64,000 nucleotides of DNA from Selaginella moellendorffii (taxonomy: Eukaryota > Plantae > Lycopodiophyta). This document shows, in pieces, positions 48,310 to 62,300 of the stretch. Under the pieces are notes generated by a model. The model did no database searches. It was not told where the DNA came from and saw only the letters and a list, made by a program, of their open reading frames with translations. Where the stretch lies: the NCBI RefSeq assembly GCF_000143415.4, contig NW_003314324.1, positions 757,379 through 821,378 of the forward strand. The letters are read 5' to 3'. Within the stretch, counting starts at the first letter, position 1. The number at the start of each line of letters is the position of its first letter. A program made the translations under genes and the position numbers.

Positions 48310-51242
48310 TTAAAATCTAGCACAATTAGTGGGATCGCCAGTTATGTGATCCACCAAAACAATCTGGCTCGCATTGCAAGGCAATACATCCTGCTCCAGC
48401 TTTGCTCCAGCCGCCTTGAGTCCTTTGATGCTCACTGCCTGGTTAAAGAGGTTGATCACCGGCAGCTTTGAAGGTGGTGGCATCCTCTGTGCCGGAAGAA
48501 TCTTCCAAAAGTCCTCCTCCATCAACGGCACAGTGAAGTCCTCCCTCTTGTGGCTTAGCGAGTTATCAACGGCCGCAATGTGTGCACCTGGCTCCATGTG
48601 ATTGGTCGAGAAGCTCGTCTGGTTGGGGAAGTTTGGGTACAAGCTCACGTAGCCACGGAGGTACATGAGATCAATGAGGAACTTCTTCCATGACGCTTGC
48701 CAGCCGTTGGTCCGGGATCTTGGAATCTGTACGGGATTCGCCTTGGCATCTTCCGTATAGCGGCTGCCCATGTACTTGTAGAACTCCCTCCAGTGTTTTG
48801 GGAAGAAGAGAGCGCCCCAGGAACACGGGAGCTGGTGTAGATACGGCGTATTCGGGTGGAGCGCCTTGAAGTAGTCCGTAGCGTTCCATTTTGGCCTCTC
48901 CTTGACCACTTCCACCAGCCTTGGCGTGTAGAGAGCAATGGAGCCCAGCTCTGGTATTGGAACCGTAGGCCCGGTCGTAGAATATACGTACGTAAGTAGT
49001 GCATACTTGAGCCACATGTAGTAGAACGGAGAGACCTCGATGTCGTCCTCCAGCAAGAGGCCGTATTCGTGGTCGTGGGCGGGATACCAGCTCTCACTCA
49101 CGGCCCTGATGAGGCCACCTGGGATGATCCGACGGCGTACGATTTTTCTCCCGTGTGGCCATTGGAATGCATGGACGAGCTCTAGCGTTGGAGCATCCAC
49201 TTTGCTATCCATGTTGAATGTCATGTGGATTTTATCTCCCAAGTAGTGGGCCGACGCGAGGGATTGGAGCAATCGATTGAGCGATCCAACACGGTTCTGG
49301 GTGATGATATTTACCACGATGGTCATCTTGTTCCATTCTGGAAAATCATAGCAAAGATTGACAAATCTATCAAAACGCAGTGGATCATAACTTACGCTGG
49401 AGAGAAATGGGTTTTAGATCGGCCATCCACAACGCATGCTGGATCGACGGTCTGGGCAGCTCCACGAGTGTTGCATTGCCCCGTTTCGCTGCAAGATCAA
49501 CGGCGTCTCTCACACCACGCTCCAAATCAGCGACGGTCACGATTATTGCCGGGGAATGTATCCTCACCAGGCCTCTCATCGCGCCGTAAATCTCCTGGAA
49601 CTGCCCCGAGAATCCACGGTCCCCCTCGCCCGCTTTCCACGTGGCGGCGATGCTGCCCATCTCCAGGTCAAAGATCTTGAACCGGCGTTCGTGGCATGCT
49701 TCCGTGGGCAAGCCCAGCAGTGGCGCGGCCTCCTTGCACGGGCAGTGCACGCCACCGGCGACCGCCACGTAGGCCTTCTTCCCTGGCGTGGCACGAAACC
49801 GCGCGATGAGTGGTGCCAAGTCAGTGACCTGGTCCAGAGTGTGCGCGTAGAAGATGACGTCACTCTGCTGGGGATTCATCCTCGACCATTGTGTCACGTA
49901 GCCGCGAGAGAGCGCCCGCCACCATTGATCGTCCCGTATTTCGACGATATCCTTGTGTATGACAGTCGTCTCGGATACGTATGCCAGACGGTGCTCCTTG
50001 TCCCCCCACGTCGCCGGGTCCGTCGGATCAACTGGGAGCACGTATGAGCCGGCGTCCCTATACTTTTGCATCTGATAGCTGGAACATTAAAAAGAGCGCG
50101 TAAAAGAAAGTTTATAAATTCGAAAAGATTCTAAAAGATTCGCACCTGAGATGGAGATCTTCCCCTGTTGCGAATGTGAATGGCGTCTCGATGAAGAGAG
50201 CTTTGACATTCTCGGCGGACAGGAACCACGAGCTTGAGAGGAAATCTACTTGAACGATCCTCTCGATCACGATGCCGTACGCTGGATCCGGGAGATAGAT
50301 CCCAGCTTCCTTTGATCCGAATTTGCGATAGCTCGGGAAGGAGAAATCCTTCTGGCGGAATGGGAGGATCCGGCCAATGCTTCCAAGAACTGAGTTGCCG
50401 TACTTCTCAGTCCCCGCGACGTGCGAGAGGATTTCCAGCATTCTCCTGCCCGGGATCATGTCGTCGTCGAGGAAGTAGACGAAATCGCACGAATCGGCCT
50501 GGAGCGCGACCTGGAATCGGCCATAGTACTTGAAATCGAAGGTGGAGGAGACGAATTGGATGCGCGAATCGTTGTAGGCGTCGACGATCCGGCTGAGGGC
50601 GTCGTGATTGGGGCTGGCGAATGCGAGCACCCAGATGGATTGAGGGGGCAGGGATTGACCGAGGAGAGCGTCCAGCTGGGCACAGAGTGTTCTTCGCTTG
50701 AAGTGATTGAGCACGACGGTGATCCTGGTGGAATTGGAGCTCGATGATGGAAGATCCAGCAGCTCCTGGAGTGTCTCGCTGCCGGAATTTCGCTGCTGAA
50801 AGGCCGTGATCTCCTGGAAAAGCTCCGTCTTGAGCTGGATCATGCGTGTGTTGTTAGATTTCTTCTGGGGGAAGGCAAGGTCCTCGATCTGGCAGGTGCC
50901 CTGTTTTGATAGCGGAGAATTAGGGTTCTTGAAAATCCCCTGTGAATGGCTACCTGTCGGCCAGAGAATGTGCTTCCACTGCTGCGCGATGGCGATTCTA
51001 GACGTCCATGGCGTGTGACTGACATCCACATTGGGGCTCATGAAATAGAGAAGAAATGTAGCATACATTGCGAAGATGAATTGAAGGAGCGTGAGACCCG
51101 CCGTGAGCTTCAATCCCTTGACGATCCGGGTCTTGGCAGCGCTGGAATTGGGATTGGAATTGGAATTCGCGCTGGATTTGTGATCCCACAGCAAGCTTTG
51201 CGTGATATCGGCATTGCTGCCAGGATTTCCCAGTGCGCCCAT
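48310..51242 (-). CDS. Type II membrane glycosyltransferase with two GT-A-like domains (plant 'GT family 2' type, ~935 aa)
   Basis: Exons 51242-50146, 50078-49396 and 49337-48310 (2808 nt, in frame). N-terminal TM, FLDDDMIPG, IITQNR..SL.RLL, GLLLEDDIEVSP and QLPCSWG. Confidence 0.88.
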
Positions 51243-52098
51243 TTGCGATTAGATGGATTGATGGATCAGCTCATATATGTGTCAAAAGAAGGAGAGCAGA
51301 CCCACCAATGAACAAGACGAGAATTGGATGCCCGTGAAGCTGGACTTTTAGTTTGGCATGCATTCTTTGAAAGATCCGGGCGATAGCGATTGATTTTTCT
51401 GCGATGACAAAGCTGGGACAAAAATTTGGCAGCTAGATCGCTTCGTTTTGGAATGATCGAGCGCCCTAAAACGATAATCATGGAGAACATCCCATTGATG
51501 GTAACGTGGGGGAAGTTCCTTCTTGGCGCATCTTCCGCGTCGTAACGTCCACCTGGCTGCTCCAACGGCATCCGGAGTGTACACGTAGGCACGATCGAAC
51601 GCGCCTCCGCCGACCGTTAGGGCATTCCCCTCGTGGAATGCCGTATATGGCCGACGTCGGTGGGCCTCAAACGCTTTGGGCCGCGCACGGCCGTCATTCT
51701 CGCCCCTCACGTCGTGGGAAAAGATTCTTTCTTTCATTCCCAGTCACCGGGAGCGCGAATTCTTGCAAGGCTCTTTAATGCTCTGGTGGTAAACTCACAT
51801 GGACTAGAAGTAGTTAGCACGACTTTCCTTGGCTAAAGCAAGCCCTAAAAGCCACAGCAGTGAATATTCCTTGTTTCCCCGTATATTCCAGGGCGAGTTT
51901 TTAATCCTTTTATTCGAGGTGAGAAAACCTAAACCCTTGGCAGTCATACATTGTGTGTGCTCGTTTTCTAGGGCGGAAGCCGGCGTCTCTTTGCTGCTGC
52001 CGGATAGCGTCCTTACAGCTCAAGCGCGCTCTCGCCCCGGGGATTCTAGGTCGGCATCGGCTCGCGGATTCTGGAGTTTTCATGGCGCCGCGCAAGAC

Positions 52099-54035
52099 AT
52101 GATGGATAAGGTGCGCTCTTTCCCGATGGATTGCGATGCCGCATTCTCGATTCCGATCGAAATTTCGTTGCATCGAGAGGTTTCCGTGCTTGTTTGATCG
52201 CTTCTTTCGTTCGTGCGCCTGGATGATTGACGAGTCTGTGCTGTAGATACTTCTCTCTTGTCTCGAAATCCATTAGCTTGGTGGCCTGGTAAATATTTCT
52301 CGGATCTTCTCTCAAAATTCATTTACTTTCTCTGCCTCGGATGAATTCCCGCTTTATCCAGTCTCCATGCCCGGAAATCTTCTTATCGCGAGTTTTTCTT
52401 GCTTGACAGTGTTCTTTTTATCGTTTCAGGTGATCTTGTTTGGATCTTTCAGTGAAGATGAGGCGCTGTCGTTTCAAGAGTCCAAGTCCGCTTCGAAGCC
52501 AGTGGTTAAGAACGTATCTCCTGAGAAGAAGGCACCGGTGAACACAACAAAGACGAACGCGGGGCCAACAAAGCCTTCCAACGGTGTAAAGCATATTGCG
52601 CCACCACCACAGCCGCAATCGCCGAAGGTTATCGCAGTAACTCCTATCAGGAACGTCGCCAGCCAGTTGGAGCGTACGTCCCTGAACCCCGAGAGACAAC
52701 GCGAGCGTGATCCTGGCGCCTCGAAGACAGTCGCAAAGTCATGGGCGTCGCTGGTGCAACCAGCAGCTATCACGCCACGGGGGCTCGTGAACACCGGCAA
52801 CTCTTGCTACCTGAATTCGACGCTCCAGGCGCTGTTGTCCTGTCCACCTTTCTTGCAGTTGGTGCTGACGCTAAAAGGGAAAACACCTTCTCCGGTCAGT
52901 TAATTCACCTTCCTTTTAGCTCGTGATATGATGTTTTACGTTTCAGGAAAGTTTTCCGGCTCTGCATGGCTTTGTCAGTTTGATCAGCGAGTTCGAGAAG
53001 GGCCCTTCATCCGAGACTAGATCCGACTTGTACTACCGAAAAGGAGAATCTGCAAACAAGGATGTTCAAACCGGAGTAGCGTTGGTACCGTCAATGTTCG
53101 ATCCGTGCCTTGCAGCGTTCCGTCCAAACGAGCCAAGGAGGTTGGTTTTCAGCAATTGCTTGGCTTAGCAGAATTGACGTCCGTATTGTAGGCAGGAGGA
53201 TGCGCCAGAGTTCCTCTGCTTCCTGTTGAATCAAATTCACGAGGAGCTTCTTAAACTGGATGGTCGAACTGTTTCCGAGGTGGGTGTTGCTGTTGACGAC
53301 GAGTGGGAGACAGTGGGTCCGAAAAATCGAACTGCTCGAGTCCGGACATGCAGTCGCATTTGGTCGCCTCTCACCGACATTTTTTGTGGACAGTTGTACA
53401 ACAATGTCAAGCCAAAAGGTTCGTTGCATATAATCTAAGTTAAGATCGCTGATAGCTTTTAGGCAGGTAGCAAGGCCAGTATACAGGTCGAACCGTTCTA
53501 CGTGTTGACGCTGGATATCAGTTCAGGAACAGTTCATTCCGTGGAGGACGCTTTGAAGGTTTGTCAAGTTCTCACCAGGGAAGGTGTGGGAAGGTACCGA
53601 CTCCTTTTATATTTTGCATTCCAGGACTCTAGCAGAGGCACCAAGGTGGTATCGCTGCCGAAGGTACTCATCCTGCAGCTGCTGCGCTTTGGCTATGGGA
53701 ACAGTGGAACGCGTAAGGTTTCCAGAGCTATCGATTTCTCCGAGCAGCTTACGGTCGGCAAAGAGCTCTTGTCTCCAGGCAACGAGGTTATACTAGTTGT
53801 CAGGATGCACTTTTATGTTACCTTACATTTGTTTTACGCAATGCAGGCCACTTCGAGGTACGAGTTGATAGCAAGCATAATGCACCACGGCAAAGACGTG
53901 ACAAGCGGGCACTACACAGCCGATGCGAAGTACGGCGATTCGTGGCTCCGATTCGACGACCGGATGGTTGACAAGGTGAGCGTGGACATGGTCTTGAACA
54001 AGCAGGCGTATGTTCTCTTCTACCGAAAGCTTTAG
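52099..54035 (+). CDS. UBP24: Ubiquitin-specific protease UBP24 (USP10-like)
   Basis: Exon 1 ATGATGGATAAG (52099-52110) splices to VILFGSFSEDE at 52430. Cys box GLVNTGNSCYLNSTLQAL, QEDA, His box HHGKDVTSGHY..WLRFDD, and AYVLFY. Confidence 0.87.
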
Positions 54036-54171
54036 GAGGTAAGGGGATTTGTCGAGACTACATTTTGACGGAGTTTTTTTGGAGACCGTGTGGGTCTGAG
54101 ATACTACAAGACAGGAACTACTTCTAATCAACAAAACTTTTTTCGGCGCCGCATTATCGGGTTCTATCTCT

Positions 54172-55127
54172 CTATGTAGAAGCGGCTGCAGCCTTGGCAT
54201 CGAACTCGTCAACATAGAACACATCCGGGTGGCCTTTGAAGTGAGCAGCGACCGCATATAGCACGGTGACAGCACCGAGAACCGAGACGATGAGGAAGTT
54301 GAACTGGAGGTTTGCAAGTGACTGGCCGCGGGTTTCATAGGCGGGGGCATCACACTTGATACCAGTTTCGGAGCCTTTGCAGCCCAGTGGTACCCAGGAT
54401 CCATAGAGTGCCATGGCGACGACGTAGAACCAGAGTCCCTGGAGAGTGATGGAGATGCCGCTGGCTAAGTCGACGACGAAGCTCTGAGGGAAGGCTGCCC
54501 CGAGACACGAGAAGAGGATGCAGAGGCCGATGAGGTAGACGAGGAGCTGATGGTATCGTCCTTCCAGGCCGGCGTGCGTGGTGGAGTGGAAGTAGAAGAG
54601 CAGGAACTCGGCGGTGAAGGCCATGCCGGCGATGATGTTGAGAGCTCCCGGTGGAAGATGGAGCACCCTGCGCAAGCAAAACGCTCTCGAGGTAAGTGAA
54701 CTCGTCTTTCTCGATACGGCTTTTAATCTTTTTGACTAGCTGCTGATTGGATGAATCGTGTCGAAAAAGGAGATACGTACCCGGCAGCTTCGATGAAGAG
54801 CGCGACGGCGCCGAGCACGAAGAACATGAGGAGCATTGCCGAGTGCTCGAAATTGTTGAGGTGCTTGGCGTTGAGGGCTCCATCGACGAAGTACTGGAAG
54901 TGGGGGGAGTAGAAGAACTCGATGCAGAGGTCGAGGAGGGCGCCGAGGGTGATGATGTAGAGCTCGAGGAAGCGGAGGGAGCCTGTGACCCTGGGGAGGG
55001 CGTGCCAGACGCGGCCCTGGAAGCCCTTTGGGTTGGAAACGTACTTGAGGAGGGAATTGAGGGTGTGCCAGATGCCCACGACTAGGAAGAGCGTGCCTGG
55101 GACTGCATGGCCTCGGAAAGATCCCAT
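54172..55127 (-). CDS. TMEM45/DUF716 family multi-pass membrane protein
   Basis: MGSFRGHAVPGTLFLVVGIWH, NNFEHSAM, FYFHSTTHAGLEGRYHQLL and LQGLWF. One intron at 54668-54780. Confidence 0.88.
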
Positions 55128-55843
55128 GGATTCCAATTGGGCGGGTGGCACAGCAGGCAAGGATTGTGATTTGCGCAGACCAAATGATGGACCCAATCAA
55201 TCCTGATCCGCGTTGCGCGCCGCCGCCATCATCACTTCCACACCGGCCGCCTTTTTCTTTTTTTTTTCCTGTTCTTGTTGCTGACAGAATATACTGTCTT
55301 AGAATATTCTTTTGTATATTAAAAGCAGTTTTTAGGGTTTTACAGGTGGACCCAAGAACTAAAGCTTGAAAATTCTTAGATAAATAACAAAGTTAATGCT
55401 AATTTAAGTTTCTAACTTATATGTGCCTTTAGTTTTATTAATCATAAAATATATGTGAAATAGTAGGTTTTACATTATAATAGGTATATATATATATGTA
55501 CTTTTAAATATTAGAAGTTGGGAGTGATATTAGATTCACTTACATTTACTTACTGTGAGAGGCACTTGGATATTAATGTCCAATTTATACTATATATTTT
55601 TATATTTCATAGTTGTTACGTATAATATATTATTGCTCAAATATTTGGAAATTAAATAAAAGAAACTATATTTTTCTAATTATATTACAAGATGCTAATA
55701 TACCTTGTGAGTGCATTAAATATGGAAATGAAATACAAAAATGTGCAAATTAATCTATTGAATGTTATACCAAATTTTATAAACTTGCAATTTAACTTAC
55801 CACAACATTTGATATGGTCCTTTCCACTGAGCAAAGAGCCTTA

Positions 55844-56037
55844 TATAAACAATAAAAAAAAAACAACTTAAGAAACAATCTATAAAGTTAAAATATTGAG
55901 AGAAAAGGATTATGAATAAAAGTGCATTTTTTTTTCCAATCGGTTAAGAGTTTTAGCATACTTAGAGTTAAATGTCCTTGGGTTTGAATAGTATTAGGTT
56001 GAATAATCTTTTAAGAAGTTTAAACAAGAGTTTACAC
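55844..56037 (+). mobile_element. Ancient decayed Cassandra solo LTR
   Basis: 194 bp, colinear with 16478-16671 (TTTTCCAATCGGTTAAG..GAGTTAAATGTCCTTGGGTTTGAATAGTA..TTTTACA). Flanks CCTTA/CTTTA. Confidence 0.75.
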
Positions 56038-56529
56038 TTTATAAATAAACCACATATTATAAAATTGGGAAAACAAACTAATACCAAGTTATCCACTTTG
56101 TACTTTACAAATGGATGATGATAGGTGTTATAACACCATTGTTGTCCCACCTATACATGGCCCAAGTGTTTAGTAGATTCCACTCGGACAAGTGGAAGAA
56201 TGTTTATTAAATACATATTCTATGACCTCATATCAATTGTCTATAGTAATTATGAAAGTAAACTCAACTTTATGGGTAGTATTGAATTATAACTATTTAA
56301 GAGTTTATATAATGAAGCACCAATAGAATTTTATACCCCTATGACACATATGTACTAAATAAATGATAAATAATCATCCTAATCCAAATGCTAAAAGTTC
56401 ACATACTTTGCAATTATCCCTTTAAAGGTTCGAATAAATCATCTCTTCAAGCCATTTGTCTATAGATGATAAACACTCGTGAAAGTATATTTTAGTGACT
56501 TTTTAGCAGATGCTAGACAAAGTTCTTTA

Positions 56530-58170
56530 TGTATACCAAAGATAACTATTGATTTTATCAATGATATCTTGATCCATTTAGAGAAGACATGGGTGAAGCA
56601 TATTTGTGATGTTAGTAAAGTGTTAAATCAATTACGAGAAGTTAATTTAAAGTTGAAATGGTTGAAATGTGTGTTTAAGTCCAGGACATAACTTATTTTG
56701 GGTACCGTATTTCTCATGAAAGTTTGTAAGTTGATCATAACAAATTTATAGCTGTCCTAAAGTTCTTTATTCTAAAGTGTGTGAATTATATATAACACCT
56801 CTTAGGAAGGGTGCAATATCTCGATTGTTTTGTTGATTATTTTTTTGATCATACTACACCATTGCCAATATTGTTGAAGTTATCATCTTCTTTCATTTAG
56901 TCTAATAAGCATTTATAGATCTCAAAGTGTTGTTGATATCTTTTTCAGTTTTAGTATATCCTAACACACTCAAGCTCTCTTGTATCAACACACCTTTAAG
57001 ACTGATATTAAAAGTATTCATGCGTAAAATGAAATGTTAAGTGTGCCTAGTCAATGCCATCCTATTGCATATATCAATTGTACAATATAATCAGCAAAGG
57101 TGAATTATTCCATAACAAATAAATATTTATCAGTAGTTTAAGGCTTTAAGAAGTTTTATGCATATTTATATTATTAGAAGGTGATCATACCATAGTTACT
57201 TTATTATTAAGTGGAAGAACTTAATTATTTGATTTGAGGTTGTTCATTACTCGGGGAGTTCTATAGCTAATATTAATACCCTTTTTTGAGCTCATCCTTC
57301 TTTCATGAGTACCACATTTGGCACCAGTTCATTCAGTGTTTACTTTCTAAATTCATTTTTGTAACATGAGGTTTCTTATTATTCTCTCTATATTGGTTAA
57401 TATTAACTTGAGTTTATCTTCTATTTCTCGACTTGTTATCACACATTGCCATTTATAATTGCATCATGCAACTATTATGACTAGTGTTGAGTCAAGCTTT
57501 TAACCTCATCTTTAATATGAATTAGTTGCAGCATAATCATGCTAAATGTGACTTTGAGACTTCTCTCTTTATATTATACTTCCTATATCTTGTGTATTTT
57601 TTTCATTTTTGTTTTCCTTCCTCCTTTTGTTTTTACCTCTACTTTCATCATTTTTGTTTCTTTATTACTTTCTACTATGTTTTCATTTTTCCCTTTCCAA
57701 ATCCCTTTGTTAGTTTTTATGTTGCTATGGTGGACTGACTCAAGGAAGAGTATGTTAATTTCTTTGACTTTAACTTGTCATCTAAGGCCAAGATTTCAAT
57801 ACATCATCCTATTCCAACTGAGGATGCTTGTCTAATCAAAATTCTTATTTGGGCGTCAGTCACAAAAAGATATCAAGATTTTACGTATGAACGTTAAGAA
57901 AATGTTAAAGAAAAGTGTTATCCAAAAGCTTTGGAGTCTTTGGGTATGTGAACCTTAATTTGTGATAAACCCTGATGGGAGTATTTGCTTTTATATTGAC
58001 TATTATTCATTAAACAAAGTGATTATTCTAAATGTCTACCTTCTTTCTCATACTACTAATCTCTAGAATCATATGAGGAAAAGTCATTAGTTCATCAAAT
58101 TAGATTTTACTTTTAGGTATTGGCAAGTGTTGATAGCTGAGGAAGATGTTCCTAATATGGTATTTCATGT
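56530..58170 (+). mobile_element. Decayed Ty3/Gypsy reverse transcriptase-RNase H fragments
   Basis: FINDILIH..TWVKH..VLNQLREVNLKLK..KCVF at ~56555-56680. VINPDGSICFYIDY.SLNKV and KLDF..YWQV.IAEEDVP at ~57960-58160. Stops throughout. Confidence 0.75.
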
Positions 58171-58622
58171 TTTAATGTCTCTATACCATTGTTTAAACCG
58201 AACAACATCATCAATAATTCATACAAATTAAATACCTAGCCATAAATGTGAAATCATTATCCAAGAGAATCTACTCTAGATAGGATTATTGAAACATCAT
58301 TCAATTGAGGAGGAAGTACCTAATATCCATCATTAACACACTAACAAGAGCCTTGACTTTCACTTAATGAGTTAAGTAGTTAGAGGCAATAATGATATAC
58401 TTATTACTAATAGTCAACTATGGAAAAAGCCCCCATCAAATCAGGAAATTATAATTAACTTCAATTATTGTATGAAGAAGAATATTATGAGCTTAGCACC
58501 AAACACAATTATGTATATACCAAATAACATTATATCACCTCTCCGACTAATAAAAAGATCTATACAACTTTTTAATCATACATCGATGTCCTATATGCCC
58601 ACATAAAATAGGAGAGTCATGA

Positions 58623-58728
58623 TGCAAGTAACTAAAGAAAATGACTTGAGAGGCCATTTATAAAGTTTAAATATAAAGAGAAAAGATTTATGAATCAAAA
58701 TGCTTTTCTTTTTTCCAATCAGTTGAGA
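58623..58728 (+). mobile_element. Truncated decayed Cassandra LTR 5' half
   Basis: TGCAAGTAACTAAAG..GACTTGAGAG..GTTTAAATATAAAGAGAAAAG..TTTTCCAATCAGTTGAG aligns to 16478-~16582. Confidence 0.6.
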
Positions 58729-59381
58729 TCAATCTTAAAGAAAAATCCTGCTCCACCAAACTTGTCCAAAAGTTCATCAACCCAGAGAATTAGAAATTTT
58801 TTCTTCATGATGGCTTTGTTCAAAGCCTGGTAGTCCAAGCATAAACACTATGTACCACAACAACACAAGAGCGGAGAATGGACTGCTACTAAGTTTGATG
58901 AGGTTCTACTCAAAAAGCTCTGCCACCATAGTATCATGTTCCTCTATCAACTGAAATCAGCTTTGATTGTGTGCTCCACACCAGTCTTCTCACTAACCAT
59001 GGGTGCCACTTGTGGCTTGAATACAGCTTTGTAGTGGAACACTCGTAATCTTGTCCACCATCCCATCTCTTGGATATCCTGTGGATATCGTGTTGACTGC
59101 CATTATTTCAGCATCATTCTTTGGTCCGCATCCATCAGGGATTGCTTGCTGGAATCCCTCATACTCCCTCTTGCTGGAGGACCAGAACAAGGTCGTCACT
59201 GACCGGCAAAGGATTTTCTCCCACTAAATGAGGACGTGATGAAGTCTCATTGAAGTGGACATCTTGTGAGAGAGCAGCTTACTGGCATTGGCTAGTGGTA
59301 CTGGATGGGTCCAGAACACCAGCTCCAGTTTCTACATCCACATTTTCAGACCAGCATAGACTTTTTTAAAGTTCTAAGATT

Positions 59382-62300
59382 CTATTCAGGAGAATCCTCA
59401 CAAATCTTAACACTCTCAATCAACCATCGCTCAACAAACATGCAAATGTTTGTATTATCAATAACTCCGAGCAACGCTGGAACACATTCTTGTTGACAGC
59501 CTGCAGTGTTTAATTTCCTTAACTTTGCTGGACGTTGTTTAACCTTTGGCTGAAACTTCGTCAAATCTACAAAATCCGTTGCGACCACAAGTTTTAGGCA
59601 CCCATAGTTTGCAAGTTCCCTCACTCGCCTTGCAGCTTCGTCATCCTTTTCCCTCTTCACAACATTTTTATATCCTTTGCCACCCTTCTTGTGCAAAAAT
59701 AGCTTGTTAAGATCCAACGAATTCCGACAGTCACCCCTTGCCATTTTCTGGAGAGTCTTCATTTGAGCTGCACATATGATGAAAGTTGTCACTGACTCAC
59801 GATCATCTGCCTGCTCCCCACTACTTGGTTCTCCAGCGCATTGAAGCTTGTCTGCCTGCTCAGGTTGTGCATATTGCGAAACTGTCAGAAACCACCATAT
59901 GTCTGGGCCGCAAGTCTTATTCCTGCCCGTCGAAAAGAAAGTAAAAAAGTCGTCTTTACCGCTAGTCACGCTGTTTATCCAATCGATTAAACGGAAGTCC
60001 TCCGTCTCGGTCCCAACGAGGCTCAGGTGATCAACCTTAGGCCTGGCAAGAATTGCAGTGTTGTTGTAGATAGCAGGAATCGGTTCTGTGTTCCACGATG
60101 AGAAAAGATCAGCCAGACGCTTCCCGTCTAAATGCTCCCCAAGCATCTGTGCAATGGCAGTTTCATAAACCTCCCTAGTAGCACTGGCACTTAATTCGGC
60201 CTTCTCCAGAAAATGATGCTGTTGGATCTGTTTCAAGGAGGAATTCTCCTGAAAATAGTGCCACAGGGCACGACAAACAAGCGGCTCGAAAATCTCTACA
60301 GCTTGGCATCCTTCGCTTGCATCAGCATGCCCAATAATTCCGTCTTGATCTTGATACACCCACTTCATCAGCCCGTGTCGTTTATAACAAACTCTCCCAA
60401 GTCCAGACTCCACCAGTGATAACGTTGGATTCAGCACGACCACCTTTCCTGTACCAAAGAAGTGGTTCGCAACAACTGATTGAACTAAAGCTTTCGCTGC
60501 CGCCAATTCATCGCTCGGGACTGCTGAAAAAAATCGGTAGACATCATCGAGCATGGTCCTGTTCATATCTCCAGGACTGATCTCATTGCTTGCTGATGCA
60601 CCCCTGTGGCATTCCAGTCATCAGTCAAGAAGCTCTGCCGCTTGGCGACATTTCACGTACCTCGTGGATGTTGTCTTTTTGGCATAATCCAAGAAAAACC
60701 CCGTAGCTGCGTTTGGAGGCGGGTTAGAAAGGATATAGTGCTCAAGAGCAGTAACAAACGTCCGATATCTTCCTCTGTACAGCACCCCGAGCCTCTCAAA
60801 GTCTATGACGCTGCAATCCTCCAGTACATTGCTAGCATATTGCTCCAGGGACTCACCATCCCGAAACTCGCCAAAGGATGTATACCACATGAGGCTCACA
60901 CGAGTCTGTGGACACGAACATTAGCCATGAAACTCAGGAACGCATACAATATACCCCCGAGATGTGAGTGGTCCGATGAAACAGTGATCTCCCAGTCCCA
61001 GCAAAGATTACTGTGTTATTGAAGCCAGCACCCCGTAGAGCGACAACAAACATATCAAGCATTGATCTCGCCTTCCCATCCCCTAACATGAACCTGTCTT
61101 TCAGATATGTGTTCACCTCCTGGCACTCGTCCAAAATAACCAGCCAGTCCCGGGCGTACGGATAGAGCATCCAGTTCAACGCAGAGTTCAAATCACGAAG
61201 ATCATCTACTGACTCCGCCAGCGTCAAGATGCACCCAGTTAAATAGGCCCAAGGGTCTGCCTGAACATATTTGAGCTGCCGGTGCATAACCTGGTTGAAA
61301 AGAAATGTCAAATTGCTGACTGGCTTGAGGAGGTCGTCCAATTTTCGGTGAAGGAAAAGCCTTGACAGGAGCACCGCCTTCAAACAGGTCGTGAGGGATG
61401 AGACGGGAATCGGACCTGTTGGATACAGCCTCTGCAGTGTCTCGGACACAACCAACAGGTCCCGGGAGCCATCGGCAGTAGGCGAACCGGAACGCACGCC
61501 GGAGAAGTAAAGACACTTCTTCTGCGCCGCAATCTCGTATAAGCAGCGCGTCTTTCCGGATCCAGCGATGTCGAATAGAATCAAATGAGCGGGCTTGGAT
61601 GTTTTCATCAATGAAAGAATCTCTCCAGAACCAAGAGGCTGCTCCAGATCATGCCACAAAAGACTCGGTTGCCAACGTCCCGAAACCTGTATCTGGCAAA
61701 TTGGAACCTTGGTGAGCGGGAACTTTTTTTTGAACGCGTGTTCAGGGGTCATGCTGGAAATAGTGCCCGAGAGTTGATCCCAACACTTGTGTAGTATAGC
61801 TTCCACAACCCCTGCAAAACAAACCAAACGCTATCGATAAAGGACGAGCAGGCGTTCAGTACCTTTGGTAATGGGCTCTCTTCTCGCCGCTGCAAAATTA
61901 CAAAAAGTCGTGTTTAGAAGGAAGGGCAAACGATGCAGTCAGACAAAAGATCAAGCGATAGCATCTTACCTCGCTACAAGACATGGATAAAAGACATCAG
62001 ATTTCATAAGCCACGATCCCAAAGAGCCAGGCAAGATACTGTTGAGGCAAATACGCAGAGACGATCTCCAAAAGAAACCGAAGGCATACACATCCAGCAA
62101 CTCAAAATAAACGCGAAGTGAAGCTACCTTAGGCAAACATGGCCGAAAGCAACATGGAAGCACACAGCCAAATCGATAAACACACAAAGAATGACTTACC
62201 ATTAGATTTGAGGAGGAGGAGTTTTTCCTCACGCAGCAGTTCTTTCTCCTTCCGCAGCAGTTCTTCCTCCTTCCGCCCTTTTATCTTCCGCAGCTGCTCT

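Noticed and set aside
60621-60936. Stops suggesting the Crinkler-like gene is a pseudogene
   Set aside because: Both stops fall inside canonical GT-AG introns (60604-60660 and 60906-60954) whose removal restores the frame.
61970-61973. 4 nt micro-exon candidate (TAG|CGAG|GTAAG on the minus strand)
   Set aside because: Including it alone breaks the frame; the gene model is in frame without it.
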